From Octopus bimaculoides (Eukaryota), in assembly GCF_001194135.2 (NCBI RefSeq), contig NC_068985.1, positions 85,846,896 to 85,910,895 of the forward strand: DNA of 64,000 nt. The letters are read 5' to 3'. A program made the translations under genes and the position numbers. Positions 1-13,420 of the stretch are shown one piece after another (positions within the stretch are counted from its first letter, which is position 1; each line of letters opens with the position of its first letter). The notes beneath the pieces are model-generated. The model made no database searches and was not told the origin of the DNA. It worked only from the letters and a program-made list of their open reading frames with translations.

Positions 1-39
1 ATATATATATATATTTATATAAATATATGTATTTATATG

Positions 40-180
40 TTGGCCTTCTTTCAGTTTCTATCTACCAAATCTACATACAAGGCTCTGGTTGGCCCAAGTC
101 TATAGTAGAAGACACTTGTCCAAGGTGAAGCCATGTGGTTGGGGAGCAAGCTTCTTACCCCACAACCACGCCTGCGCCTT
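40..180 (-). mobile_element. tRNA-derived SINE (family A), 5' part
   Basis: The reverse complement reads aggcgcaggcgtggttgtggggtaagaagcttgctccccaaccacatgg...ttggacaagtgtcttctactatagac...gatttggtagatagaaactgaaagaagg. The same sequence recurs many times in the window. Confidence 0.8.
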
Positions 181-499
181 TAATACTAATACACTTGTAC
201 CTTAATAAATGCCTGTCTGTATAATTTGAGATGTTCTTAAGAAAGCTTTTAGTTGAATGAGGTGGGAGAGAGAGGGAGAAAAATAGAGAGGGAGAAAAAT
301 AGAGAGGGAGAAAAAGAGAGAGAGGTGGAATGTTCAGCTGATGGCAGTGATAATGGTCAGGAGAAAGAGAAATCAGGAAAGCCTTACTGATGTATAATTA
401 CATGAGCATGTGCATGCATGTGCACACACACAGCCACATTAACGATTGGTTGTTTGACATTAAAGTGGTGGCTTTATTGTAAGAGTATGAAGGGGCCTG

Positions 500-760
500 G
501 TTTAGTTGTCAGGAAATTTCAGCTCACAACTATAAGGGATGTTTTCTCCTTGAGCAAGACACTTTATTTCACATTGCTGCAGTCTATTCAGCTGGCAAAA
601 GTGAGTTGTACCTGTAATTCGAGAGTGTCCAACCTTGTCACATTTTGTGCCCAGCTGTATCTCCCTCAGAACTACATTAAGGGTACATGGGTCTGTGGAG
701 TACTCAACCACTTGCATGATAATAGCATGAGCAGGCTGTTCCATTGATCAAATCAATTGG
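500..760 (-). mobile_element. SINE family C fragment
   Basis: The reverse complement matches the + strand copies at 36590-36895 and 44570-44790 (aatggaacagcctgctc...caagtggttgagtactcc...gaaataaagtgtcttgctcaag). Confidence 0.7.
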
Positions 761-1876
761 AATCCTCATCACCATAAACAACAGAGTGCTAGTACATGTA
801 GTAGAGTTAGTGGTGTTGGTGAGTGTAGAGGTGGTAAGTGTTGTGGTAGAGGTTGGGAAGAAATCAGCTTTTATTATTTTATTATTGAGCAAAATTTGAT
901 TATTTATTAAATATGGATAGTAATAGACATTAATAGAAGAGAAAGGAGAAGGTGTAGGGAAGACATGAAGGAAGAGAAAGATTGATGGAACACCAGGATG
1001 AGCCCAGATGCAGCAGCAGGGAAGAAGGAGGAGTAAAATGAATGAGAAAGAACACATGAAATACTTACAACAATAGATGAGAGAATAAGTTCAAGGAGAC
1101 AAAGTGATTATTACATCTTGGTTGTCAATAACAGCTCCAGTTAGTAAAAATGTCTTGTATTTTAAAAAAAGAATTTATAGAAAATATAGATTCAACCAAG
1201 AGATTAAAAGCAGCATAAATTAATAAAAATAGTTTTTATTCTATAACAAACTGAGAATGGTAAAATATATTTTATACTTGCCAATCAGAACCTCTGCATG
1301 GTTCTTTGACCTTATATAAATAAACGACAAATCTCCATTAAAACTTACTCTAGCATCTTGATAAAGAAAATGAGGAAAACACACAAGATAATGTAGTCTT
1401 AGTTACAGTATGTTAAAAATAGATGGGATGGTCACAGCTGGAAAGCCTTTCTTTCAGAGACTTGCTCAACCAAATTAACTCGAGGTTAAACACCACCAAC
1501 AACAACTAACCAGGTAGTACTATTAAGTTAACGATGGCCTGAGATGTGAGTTGCTAAAATCTGTAGGAACCTATTTAAGATAACTTTTATGTAAATAAAT
1601 ACAGAAGACCAAAAATATAAAAGGAAAGAAAAAAATCAATCAAACAAACAAACAAACTAAAAACAAAAAACAGAAATTGCTAGAATTTAATGCAGAAAGA
1701 AATATTTTTCTGATAAATATAAAAAAAAGCAGAAATAGATGGGTGGGGTTAAACTGCATCAAAAATATCACAGATAACAATTTAATGCTTCCAAATTGGC
1801 AAATTAAAAATTCTATAATTTTCACTATAGACTCTTCATGTAGAGAAATATGTTTGTGAGTGTATAAGTATGTATA

Positions 1877-1926
<50 letters not shown>

Positions 1927-2768
1927 CTTTCTCTCTGCATATATGTATATGAGCATGTATGTATATGTGTAAATATATACACGTATGTATTTATGTGTGT
2001 GTGTATTTACATCATATACTTATAATATGCATCTCCTACTTACATATAGATACAATGTATGTGTGTGTGTGTGTGCATGTGCAAAAGTGTGAACAATTAA
2101 AATAATATCTTGTGGCAGTAGAATTTGTATCTATGATAAGATTATTTATATGTGAGAGCAAAGCAAGATATTCATGTATAAAACACAACTATCTCTAACA
2201 GCCATCAAGTTGACTGTGAAACATTCAGACGGAAATAAAACAGAAAACAAACACAACACAAAAATGAACACATAATAAAAAAAAATGATGATGATGATGA
2301 GGAAGAGGAGGAGGATGACAACGACGACAACAACAATGATGATGATGATGATGATGAGGGAAGCTTGCAATAAGGCAGCAAAGATATTCCAAATAGAATT
2401 TAGTGACATATATCTTGTGAATATCTCCTTCGACGACTAATAATATGAAATTAGAAATGTTTCTGAAGTAATGTTGATCTAACCAGGATATCTTTCAGTG
2501 GTTGCGTTCAGGTTTATATGCTGCTATTAACATGTTACTCTTTGATTGGTGCGAGGTGGAATGGCAGTTTTTGTTATCTTCATGGTTATTGCATTTATGC
2601 TGTAAAGTTGAAGACTATTCCATATAATGTGCTCATATTTATTGTAATGACATTTTATAGATAACAGGTGTAATTAAAGATTGCATGTCTACAATATGGA
2701 TGTATATAAACATACACACACACACATATATATATATACACACACACACATATTTATATATATATATG

Positions 2769-2841
<73 letters not shown>

Positions 2842-3458
2842 TATGTATATGTACTCACATACACATATGTATACACTCACACACATACACACACATATCA
2901 CATATTCATATACACAAACCATTCGTATATACGTACACCAATTATGTCACATATCTGTGGAGTATATTGTGCATATGAATAGCAACTGCCCCAGAATAAT
3001 CAATGTATTTTCTTTCAATGCTTATTACTAAAGCAATATACAATGTTAACCACCGGAAAAAGTGAACCTGGAATAAAGATGACCAAGGAAAAAAGTGGTG
3101 TGGGACATTCCCATCAGAATTTTTACCAACTTCAAACACAAACCCAACAGTTCTTTGGGAGAAGAAAATAAAATATTCTGTCACAGAGGTTACAATATAT
3201 AACATCATCATCATCATCATTCATGCTTCAAATATATGTATGAATACATATAACGAATGTACACCCACCACACACACAACTGCATGCTTGCATACAAATT
3301 TTTTTTTTTATATTATAGGAATTTATAAATTTTCAACAATTAAAAAGCCGTAGTCTCAAAGAGAGCCTTTGACTTTTTCTATCTAAAAGGGTTTCCACCT
3401 TAAAATTTACATTTTAGAGCTCTATCATCTACTTTGAGATTTACTATTCCACTATATA

Positions 3459-3687
3459 CAGGGTTGGCCAAAAGTCACCCGGCAGTAAATCAAAATTCCA
3501 TAAACACTATCTGTAATTCTGTATTGACTCAAATGAAAAAAATTGTCGCTCAGGAAGGATTTCACTTTCAACTATTTCCATAATGTTTCCCATTTAAATA
3601 CTTTTATTAAATTCATTCAGTTGTTAGACATTAATAAATCTTGGAATTGAATGGTTTGATTTACTGTCGGGTGACTTTTGGCCAACC

Positions 3688-3690
<3 letters not shown>
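3459..3690. mobile_element. Tc1/mariner-type MITE, 232 bp
   Basis: 36-bp terminal inverted repeats with 1 mismatch (cagggttggccaaaagtcacccggcagtaaatcaaa at 3459-3494; mate at 3655-3690), flanked by TA on both sides. Confidence 0.9.
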
Positions 3691-3731
<41 letters not shown>

Positions 3732-4165
3732 NNNNNNNNNNNNNNNNNNNNNNNNNNNNNNNNNNNNNNNNNNNNNNNNNNNNNNNNNNNNNNNNNNNNN
3801 NNNNNNNNNNNNNNNNNNNNNNNNNNNNNNNNNNNNNNNNNNNNNNNNNNNNNNNNNNNNNNNNNNNNNNNNNNNNNNNNNNNNNNNNNNNNNNNNNNNN
3901 NNNNNNNNNNNNNNNNNNNNNNNNNNNNNNNNNNNNNNNNNNNNNNNNNNNNNNNNNNNNNNNNNNNNNNNNNNNNNNNNNNNNNNNNNNNNNNNNNNNN
4001 NNNNNNNNNNNNNNNNNNNNNNNNNNNNNNNNNNNNNNNNNNNNNNNNNNNNNNNNNNNNNNNNNNNNNNNNNNNNNNNNNNNNNNNNNNNNNNNNNNNN
4101 NNNNNNNNNNNNNNNNNNNNNNNNNNNNNNNNNNNNNNNNNNNNNNNNNNNNNNNNNNNNNNNNN

Positions 4166-4197
<32 letters not shown>

Positions 4198-4955
4198 GCA
4201 CATATGTATGTATATTTAGGAAATATGACATCTATGACATATATGATAGTGAATTGGTGAAATATGACTTGGAATTTACAATTTCAATTTTGAAATTTTA
4301 AACAGTGAAATTTAAATTCATGAACATGTAGTAGCAACTTAATAAAGTGAAATTTTCAGATCTTTATAAAAGATAATCAGAAGACCTGATAAAAATTGAA
4401 GGTGGTCTGTGATAGCAAAAATAGGAAAGTGAAGCAAAAGAAAAAAATAAATGGTCAAAAGATGCCAGACATTCTAAGAACTAATTTCAGGCAGAAAAAA
4501 AATGCAGCAGTCGTGTATCTATTGCTGGTTGGACAACTACTCTTCTGAGTGCACAGCTGCCATTTCAGTTTCTCAAATTAAATGCTATAATTTGTTTTCT
4601 TGCTGATTAAAGACTTTTTATGGATCTTGTTTATGATCCAGTTGCTCATTTTTGATCTCATACTGAAGTGCCAGCATATTTGTATTGAGCATAAAGAATA
4701 TATCTTCAAGGTAGTTTCTTTCAGCTATATTATTAGTATTTGCTATCACCACATTTCTATTTTAATGTATATATGTTACTGAGTAGAATGTTCATTGCTG
4801 AGGAGGTTTGATAAAACTGAAACATTTCCTTTTAACATCTTTCAGTGTTTTTCGCTGATAACTAAAAACTGATTAGTTACCTTGTGTAATTATTTATCAT
4901 CATTTCACCTGGAAAAAAATCAGAACAGATATGGAACAAAGTATGTAATTCTTAC

Positions 4956-5015
4956 CTTTAAAGAATTTCCCATACTGTAAGATTCAGATGAAGGCAAAAA
5001 TATAGGAATTTCTTT
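4956..5015 (-). CDS. Candidate 60-nt exon of an unidentified gene: KEIPIFLPSSESYSMGNSLK
   Basis: Strong acceptor (gtttttgctttctgtttttgttttgcag|) and donor (aag|gtaaga). Length is divisible by 3 and only one frame is open. It lies in non-repetitive sequence, and I recognise no homolog. Confidence 0.5.
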
Positions 5016-5249
5016 CTGCAAAACAAAAACAGAAAGCAAAAACTTCAAAACAATGTTGCATCGGATAAAAACAAATTGAAATGTTAAAATGAAAATAAAT
5101 ATCTGCTGATACAATTTTATGATAATTTTGATTAATGAAGGTGGGGGTGAGAGAGCAGAAAACTGGGGAATGAAGGAGAAACACATATACAAAAGATAAA
5201 CTCATGTAATTTTCTATGCAAACTTATTTGTGGAAGGGTCACAGAGTAG

Positions 5250-6800
5250 AGTTCTTAAGCATGCCTTCCATCAAGTCCTATTAGAAACATCCATCTCCAT
5301 CTGATCCACCTGAACTCACGGATGTTATCCAACCATTTCCTTTGTGGTCTACCCCTGGGTCTCCTGCCAATAAGTTTTACCTATAAAACTAGTCCAGCAA
5401 TTCTTTCTCAAGACATTCTTACCACAGGTCTGTAATATTAAAGCTGTGCTCAAAGAAGTAGTGGCTCACTAATCTCCAGACTATGCACTCTATTGAATAA
5501 GTTTATTCGAAAGACCCTTCATAGGAACTCCATCACACCTGCTTGTATTCACTAGCATTTGGGTCATTGTATACCTTTTTGAGGCCTACAAAGCAAGCAC
5601 ATACCTCTTGACCATACTCTGAAGATTTCTTGAAAACCATCCAGTGTGAATATTTCATCAACTGCACTATGTCCAAGGTGACAAACCACACTGTTTGTCT
5701 GCCAACTTGCACTCAACAATATCCTTACATCTCTTCACCAAACATCCAGCATAGACTTTTACAGGGAAGGCTTAACAAGGAAATACCTCAGTTATTAGAG
5801 CAATCTTTGTCTCCCTTTCTGAAAATTGGGATTGCATTCCTAAATGCCACTGCTGAGGTACCTTTCCAGAGATCCAGGTCACCTGGCACACATGACTCAG
5901 TCAGAGAATACCTTTATTTAAAGCTTTTAACATCTCAATCTGAATTTCAACCTCTCCAGGGACCTTGCCACAATTGAGCTTTTAAATTGTTCTTGTGACC
6001 TCAGTCTCCAAGAGGTATAGTCATCACTCTCAGATGCACCTCAAGTGCATCAGAAGTTGTTGTGACCTAGTTTAGGAGATCAGCTGAGTATTCTTTCCAC
6101 TTTGCAAGAATGCACCTCTCTTCAAAGAGGAGGATTTGAAACAAGTTCCTGATAGCACAGAAAAGAGGTGCTTCTTATTACAAAGTCAGCAAATGGCCTG
6201 CCAGAATATTTTATTTTTTGCTGATATAACGACGGATTCCAACTTCACTCCAATTTCCTCCCATGTCTTCATCTTGGATGCCTTTACTGAAAGTTCAAGA
6301 AGGAGGACTTATTTTCAAGCCAAGCTTTGGAAGCTTCTTCCTTCTTTGTTCAGATGATTTTTAACCCCCTGCTTGAACCAAGGGGCCCTCTTGCCACCCA
6401 TCACCACACAAAGCTACTTTCATTTGCAGCATTAACTGCCAAACTGAACAGTTTCCACTCCATTTCAACATCCGTTATTTTGTTTAGGGATCCTCTGGAT
6501 TTGGATGCAACAGTGTCTGCATATCTGGTCTCGAACATTTTATTGGCCAGTGCTTCTCACTTGGTTCTGTTTTGAGGATTTTCTTGGTCTTGGGTAGTCT
6601 CAGACTGAAGATAGTTAAATAGGGATCAGTCGACATCTCAGCCCATCTCTTAACACAAACATCCAGCACAGGATCAAAGAGGTCAGAGACAATATCAAGA
6701 TCAATTACCGATCTGTGTCTTTGATCTCCTCTATAATGTATATTTATGGATGCCTTTGTGCTATTCATCTGCTCATCTTGCAACTAAACATCATATCTGG
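5250..6800 (-). mobile_element. Decayed RTE-clade LINE (Expander/Rex3-like): APE endonuclease end, RT and C-terminus
   Basis: Minus-strand peptides RSVIDLDIVSDLFDPVLDVCVKRWAEMSTDPYL (APE SxID...DH region), GHSAVDEIFTL and CACFVGLKKVY (RT), and GRRPRGRPQRKWLDNI (RTE C-terminus). Many stops and frameshifts. Confidence 0.85.
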
Positions 6801-7909
6801 TGGCCATCTCACTATCCACCATCTGCAATCCATTCTCTAGCAGAGCAGCTCTACTGAGAAGGGGAGACAGGCAGAACTTGATGTTTAGGAAGAGAAGTGC
6901 TGTGAGCTGGTTACATTTCTAAGTCCAACAAATGGATTGATCCACAGTTAAATGTTTTGGAAGGAAAAACTATTTGCTGTGATGTTCCATCTCCTTATAT
7001 TGCTGTTATTATATTTCTCATAAAATGAACTGCTTATAATTTACAATCATTTTAAAAATTGATGAAGAATTTTATAGAATATATATGAAATAATGAACTT
7101 GTAACATTTAAGTTTAGAAGAGGACAAAATGTTCCAACATAAAATCTTAAGATGAAGATGTTTTAATCTTATCATGCCCAAGTTAGTCAGACTTAACTCT
7201 GTCAGGCCTGAGTGACTTTGTATTAGCCACAACTAGGAAGTTTCTCTTCAAGATATAAACATCAGGCAAGAAGTTTTCTTTTTTAACAGAAGACCAATAG
7301 TAGAAAGTTTGCCCCTTCTACAACACTGATGTCCTGGAGAATGACAGGTATCAATAATACAGTGTGATACCAGTGTCATTACAGGTGAAATCATGACATA
7401 ATAATCTCTGCGAATTTATTGCTCTGGATTGGTGCTTTTTTATTTGAGTTTTCCCTCCCATGCCTGCTCCCCCATAGATGAGAAGCAGAGGGGATTTCAG
7501 TGAATTTGAACTCAGAACATGCAAAACTGGAACAAATACCACAAGGTATTTTGTCTGATACCCTGCCAGTTACCCAACGAACTCATCCTATTCATTCTAG
7601 AATTGTTTACAGAATGAATTACTCAGAGACGCCATCTGTATGAGAAGCAATCATCAAGTTAGTACTAATAAACCTAATGCAGTGAGCATTATGAAGCTAA
7701 ACAGAAATAATTAAGTGACGAGATGATATTAGGTAATATAATTTTAATTAGAAAATCAAGGTTGTTTACATATTAGATTAGTCAGAGGTGCTAATTCTCC
7801 CGTCATCATTTGGTAATTATGGTGCAGTCTCTGTTTCACTGATGAAGACTAATAAGATCAAAACATGCCCTAAATTGCTTCTTGTTATGTTGAAATAATT
7901 AAAATAATC

Positions 7910-8095
7910 ATTTCTTGCTAAGGCACAAGCTCAACAGCTTTCAGGAGAGGCAATTAGTACATTACATTGACCCCCAGTATTTGATCAACACTTTATCATG
8001 TTAACCCTGATGGGCTGAAAAGTCAAAGTTCACCTTAGTGGAATTTGAACTCAAAACTTAAAGAGCCTATGCTCTAACAATTCTGCTAAGCTGCT
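7910..8095 (-). mobile_element. tRNA-derived SINE (family B)
   Basis: Contains ggaatttgaactcaaaac and cattgacccccagt, the reverse complement of the copy at 49963-50170. Confidence 0.7.
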
Positions 8096-8343
8096 TCTTT
8101 GAAAAACTTGAACTAACTGAAAACTAAGATTTTCATTTGTCCAGCCATGATTTAAGAAAATGGAAAGAATTTTATCATGAACTGAGATTTGTCTTTTTTC
8201 CCTCCCTTACAACATTCTTATTTCAAGTTGGATTTTTTAGTGTTCCTTCAACTAAATACGTTAATACTGACTTAACTCCTCATATTGGCAGAATAAAAAT
8301 TCCTTAGAGACAACAGGGAGCCAAAACGGAAGCACATCTATAC

Positions 8344-8629
8344 TAGTGATTCTCAAATGGAGTCTCATGGATTTTTAAAAAATACAATTTAAGGCTTTAG
8401 CACATCCACACTAATAACCATGCATTTTTTTTTTAAAGTTCATAATTTCTATTTTTTTTATACCCAAGTTTTCCATATTTTTTTTCTGAATTTGTAACTT
8501 GAAAGCACAGTTTTTTTTTTTAAAACAGAGATATGCATCAGTAATTTTTTTTTAGTTTGCATTGGAAGTAATGTTTTTATTTGATCTTTAATGTAACTAC
8601 AAAGTTAAAAAGAAAATTGAGAACCATTC
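8344..8629. mobile_element. Possible old hAT-like MITE
   Basis: Ends tagtgattctcaa and ttgagaaccatt form an imperfect inverted pair. No clear target-site duplication. Confidence 0.4.
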
Positions 8630-9217
8630 CACTACGTGGTCACTTGATCTAGAAATAGCAACCATATATCCCTCATATCACACCCTATAATATTAGAGAA
8701 GAAAAAGGCTACATTAGATAATGGGGTAAGCATACTCCTCAAAAGATAGGGTGGTCATATTTGGAGTGACCTTTGATCATAAATTTGCTTCTAACATCTC
8801 ACTCACTTCACCATTTGGTTAAAATCTTTTTGTTGATATAATTAGAGAAATCAATATTTAGGTAGACACCAAACTATATGTAGTAGCAGTAGTAGTAGTA
8901 GTAGTAGTAGTAGCAGCAGCAGCACAGCAGCATTGGCAGTAGTGGTGGTAGTGGTGGGGTTGCAGCAGTAGTGGCTGTAGTAAGCTATCATCCTCAAAAT
9001 TACTAAAACTGTCAGTATGAATTAGTAATTAGAGATCAGTGTACAATGCTATACTGTGCCCTGTAAGGCTGTGTGCCAAACTGTGCCCTGTATGGCTGTG
9101 TGCTATATTGAATGTCATTTTCACCTTTCGCTGACAGGCAAAACAGAGGAATATCCACCATATTTTCCCTATAGACATTATCATTACAAACAGCTGAGCC
9201 TGAAATGGCTGTCTTAA

Positions 9218-9433
9218 CCCTTTTGTTATCATATTTCTGTTGAAAAATTGCACCTTTGTTTCAGTTCATTTTGAAAATAAAGAAGAATTCTGTAAAAAAA
9301 AGACTTATGCTGGAAGGTGGTACATAAGTTGACGTGGAATTCTGATGAAGGAATTTTAATTCAGATCAATTTAGAACAAGGACTCAGTGTCATAGAAGGA
9401 AGGACAGACTCAGGTAGGTTGGTATGAAAAGGG
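9218..9433. mobile_element. piggyBac-like MITE, about 216 bp
   Basis: TTAA|ccctttt...aaaaggg|TTAA ends. The interior is related to the copy at 27441-27654. Confidence 0.75.
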
Positions 9434-10019
9434 TTAAATCAGTTGTATTTGATTGTCAGAATTCAATAATATCCAATCTAGTTTCTGATCAGTGCCCCCC
9501 CCCCCCACCTCTTCACCATGGAACAACTGGATACTGATTTGATTGCCATGTCAAGAGGATGAGGGATGACTGAAAGCTACTAACATCCACTGAGAGAGTG
9601 CATGAAAACCACCACATCAACTGAGAGATACACTATCAAATTTTCATTTTCTGCTTATGTTAGAAAATCAATACAACTGAAATGATTGGTTATTGATTGG
9701 AAAGGTTGCATGGCAGCAAGTGGATGATGACAGAAAATTGGATTAGATAGATTAAGGGGTGGGGATAAGGGTAGGAGGGTGTGTGAGTCGTACATTTTTT
9801 TATTTATTGAATATTAGTGGGGTGGGGGTGTGGAAGGGGAGGATGGGTAGATAGAACAAAGGATCACTTAGTTTAGGTTCATATGAAGACAGAAAACAAA
9901 TATTAATTGCAAGTTATGATATTGTGTAAAATTCAGAAAGGGCTCCAAGATTTAAAACTCCTTATAAAGACATTAACAGTAATAATCCTTTCTACTTTAG
10001 ACATTTTTTGGGGGAAGGG

Positions 10020-10419
10020 TTAGGGTTAATTACATTGACCCCTGCTCTCAACTGATATATATTATACTGTATTGACCCTGAAAGGATAAAAGGTAAATTC
10101 ACCCTTGACAGAATTGGAACTCAAAATGTAAAGATGGACAAAATGTTAGAATTTGAACACAGAATGTAAAGACTGAACATTTTTCCCAGCTCACCACTTT
10201 TTTATTAAAAATAATGATAATAATAATTTAGAGTTTTTGGTGGAAGGAGATGAGTCGATTACAGTGACCCAGTATTCAACTGGTACTTATTTTATTGACC
10301 CAGAAAGGACGAGAGGCAAAGTAGACCTCGGCAGAATTTGAACTCAGGATCTAAAGGACAAAATGCCACTAAGCAATTTTTTCCAGTGCACTAATGATTT
10401 TGCCAGCTTGTTGCCTTTC

Positions 10420-10420
<1 letters not shown>
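10020..10420 (-). mobile_element. Two adjacent SINE family B copies
   Basis: gacctcggcagaatttgaactcag and attgaccc motifs occur twice. The second copy abuts an (AAT)n tract. Confidence 0.75.
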
Positions 10421-10508
<88 letters not shown>

Positions 10509-10530
10509 GTATTAATAATAATAATAATAA
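10420..10530. repeat. (AAT)n microsatellite
   Basis: Directly visible. Confidence 0.98.
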
Positions 10531-11164
10531 TGAGTGAGGAAATGTTCAATAGTAATGCATAGAAATATTTTAACAGATCTGGCAACACCTTCAGAGAGAT
10601 TTCACCAATAATATTATTGAACCTTATAAAGCAAGAATTTTGTTTTCATCCAGTTTTGTTTCTGTTAAAATTGATAATTAAACCTAACAACATTACAGCT
10701 TGAATTATTCTCAAATATTTCTGATACTTTCACATGAAATAATCAAACACTGTTTTATTGATGTTGCACACCCTATTTATTGTTTTGTTTTATTGGGTAA
10801 TTGTTGAAGATAAACAAATGTTGGACAAGAATAAACTGTATTTGATTAACTGCAGGTTTCATGTGAATGAAAAAGAGAGAAAACGAATCGTTTAAAGAGA
10901 TATAATGGTTAGATATCAAAGACTGGGATTACAACAGTTGACACAAAAGAGACAAGGCTAGATAGTTACGACAGATTAACCCGGTGTCACCGTGTTTCTC
11001 ATGAATCAATGTTGCCCTTCTGGGTGAGTTCCTTTTTAAAATAATCAAGAATATGCAGGAATTTGGTAAAAGTAATAATGTTGTCATTATTAAGCTGGTG
11101 TTTGTTACATCACAAATTATCCATACAAAATATTACTATGGAAAGCTTTAATTTAAATATTTAA

Positions 11165-11540
11165 AGACGTGGGCTACTATGAAGAAGAGAGGACATTGAT
11201 TGGCTCAGATGTAAAGGGGTACAGAAAGATCCTTGCCAAGAATAATATAATGAGAGAATGTTCAAAATGAAACACTTTGAGAATGAAGTGAATGATGTGA
11301 TTGCAGAAGACTGAAAGCACAAATTCCACTGGGCTGGACATGTTGTAGACGACAGGGGGAGCTGTGTAGCTGCCATGTGGTATCTAAGAGATTGGAAAAG
11401 GCCACTTGGAAAGCCTCCATGACAATGAGAAAATGATCTAGTCAAGCAATTTAGGTCAAGATGGATAAAAATGGCACAATAAAGACAAAATTGGAAGGGC
11501 ACTGTGATTAGCAGTGTACAATAGCATCTGATGGTCTGGT
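11165..11540 (+). mobile_element. 3' end of RTE-1-type LINE
   Basis: Peptides WAGHVV, WYLRDWKRPLGKPP and NDLVKQFRSRWIKMAQ, typical of the RTE C-terminus. Confidence 0.75.
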
Positions 11541-11586
11541 TGAAATTGTGATGTATGTATATACAGCATGCACACATTCATTCACT

Positions 11587-11641
<55 letters not shown>

Positions 11642-11788
11642 TTACATATGTATGTATTTATGAGTGTGTGTGTGTGTTTCTTGGCTTTCAAATTGAATGT
11701 GCCTTATTTGAAAACCAGGCAAGAGTTAGCAACAAGAAAAGCCTCCAACTGTAAAACAATAATTCCACAAAAGCATTTCCGTCTAACC

Positions 11789-11966
11789 CAGGGGTTCCCA
11801 AACTTTTTAGACCATCGACACCTTCATGGAATCCTTGACCTCTCATTGTCCCCTAGGCATATACAAGAAAATAAATAAATAATAAAAAGTAGATGTACAT
11901 TTATCAGCCCCTTGAATAGTCCAATCGACCTCCAGAGGTCAATATCAACTACTTTGGAGACCCTTG
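11789..11966. mobile_element. hAT (Charlie-like) MITE, 178 bp
   Basis: TIR caggggttcccaaact with mate ...actttggagacccttg, and a perfect 8-bp target-site duplication gtctaacc (11781-11788 and 11967-11974). Confidence 0.9.
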
Positions 11967-13179
11967 GTCTAACCCATGCCAACATGGGAAAACAAATAAA
12001 GAAATGAATATGTGCAAGGACTGGTTGAACCAAATTGATGAGTGAACTGATAATGTGTTGTGGAATTTCCTCAAACTCTGGAAATGGAAAGTTCAGCAAA
12101 AGTTGGTTGAGATGTTCTGTGAATGAGTTGGAACTTTGAAATAAAATAATCAAAGAACAGCAACAGACTAAATAGAGGTGTGATCAACAACGACCACATG
12201 ACTCAATGAAAATGGCTTTGCCTGGTCATTTAATCTGCTCAAAATAATTAAGAAAAAAGGAAAGTATCTACTTGGTCATTCTGCTTGCTAAAAATAGCAA
12301 CCAAATCTGCTTGCATCACATTCCACAATCTTAAAGAAGGAAGGGGACATTGGCCAATGGTTACTAGATATGCATCAGTATAGTTGTGGTGGTGGTGGTG
12401 GTGGCTGTGGTATACAGTAGTGATGATAACAGTATTATAGGAGTAGTGGTGGGAGGAAGGATTTGACTTCAAGCCATCTCTAAGTAGATAGCTGTCTGAA
12501 GACATTCTAACCATGACTATCTCTATTTACCTTTGTATATCTTGGTCAACATTGTCCAAAACGTTCTTTGCATTTTAGATCATAAGATGTGATTTGAGGA
12601 AGATTAAGTTACTTCTTTTAGCAGGCTGATTGACTCCCTCATTGGCTCAGGCAGTAGTAGTAGTAGTAGTAGTGGTAGCAATGGCATGGCAACAGGAATA
12701 ATGGTATCTAAGAAATAATGATGATGGTGGCGATGACGGAGAGGTGAGGTAAGCGAGGGAGCCAGAGAAACTCGTTAAAAGAAAACGAGAAATAAATTAG
12801 AAAAATAAAACCTAAATATAAAATGGATTTGATTAAGAAAGAGCTGATGTGGTCATCGTTGCCATTGGTCTAGATTAGACCATTTATTCCAGTCTATTAA
12901 AGTGGTTCTTTTATTCCAACAGATTCTGTTAATACAGCATAGTCTTTCACAAACAAACAAACAAACAAACAAAAGATAGAAAGAAAGAGAGAAAGAAAGA
13001 GGGGGAAAAAAAAGGAAAAAATGAAATGTGGAAGAGAGAGTTCTAGCGAGAATAACATTTTTTTCAATAGGAAATGAAATGGAGGGAGTGTTTCATTATC
13101 ATTATTATTATCATTATTATTATCATTATTATTATTATTATTATAATAAAGGGTTAGTTTTGATCACTTTTCAATGAAT

Positions 13180-13361
13180 GGAGTGAGAGAGATAGAGAGA
13201 AAGAGAGAGAGAGAGAAAGAGAGAGATAGAGAGAAAGAGAGAGAAAGGAGAGAGAGGGGATGAGAGCTGGAGAGTAGTTGAGAGACAGAGAAGGTGAAAT
13301 AAGAAAAGAGAGATTAGGGAGAGATGGAAAGGAAGAGAGTGTAAGAGCAAGTGAGAGAGCA

Positions 13362-13415
<54 letters not shown>

Positions 13416-13420
13416 GGGGG
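13180..13420. repeat. Polypurine (GA)n-rich tract
   Basis: Directly visible. Confidence 0.9.

Noticed and set aside
4881-4908. Second acceptor/donor pair just downstream of the candidate exon
   Set aside because: It would need a 47-nt intron and introduces an immediate in-frame stop.
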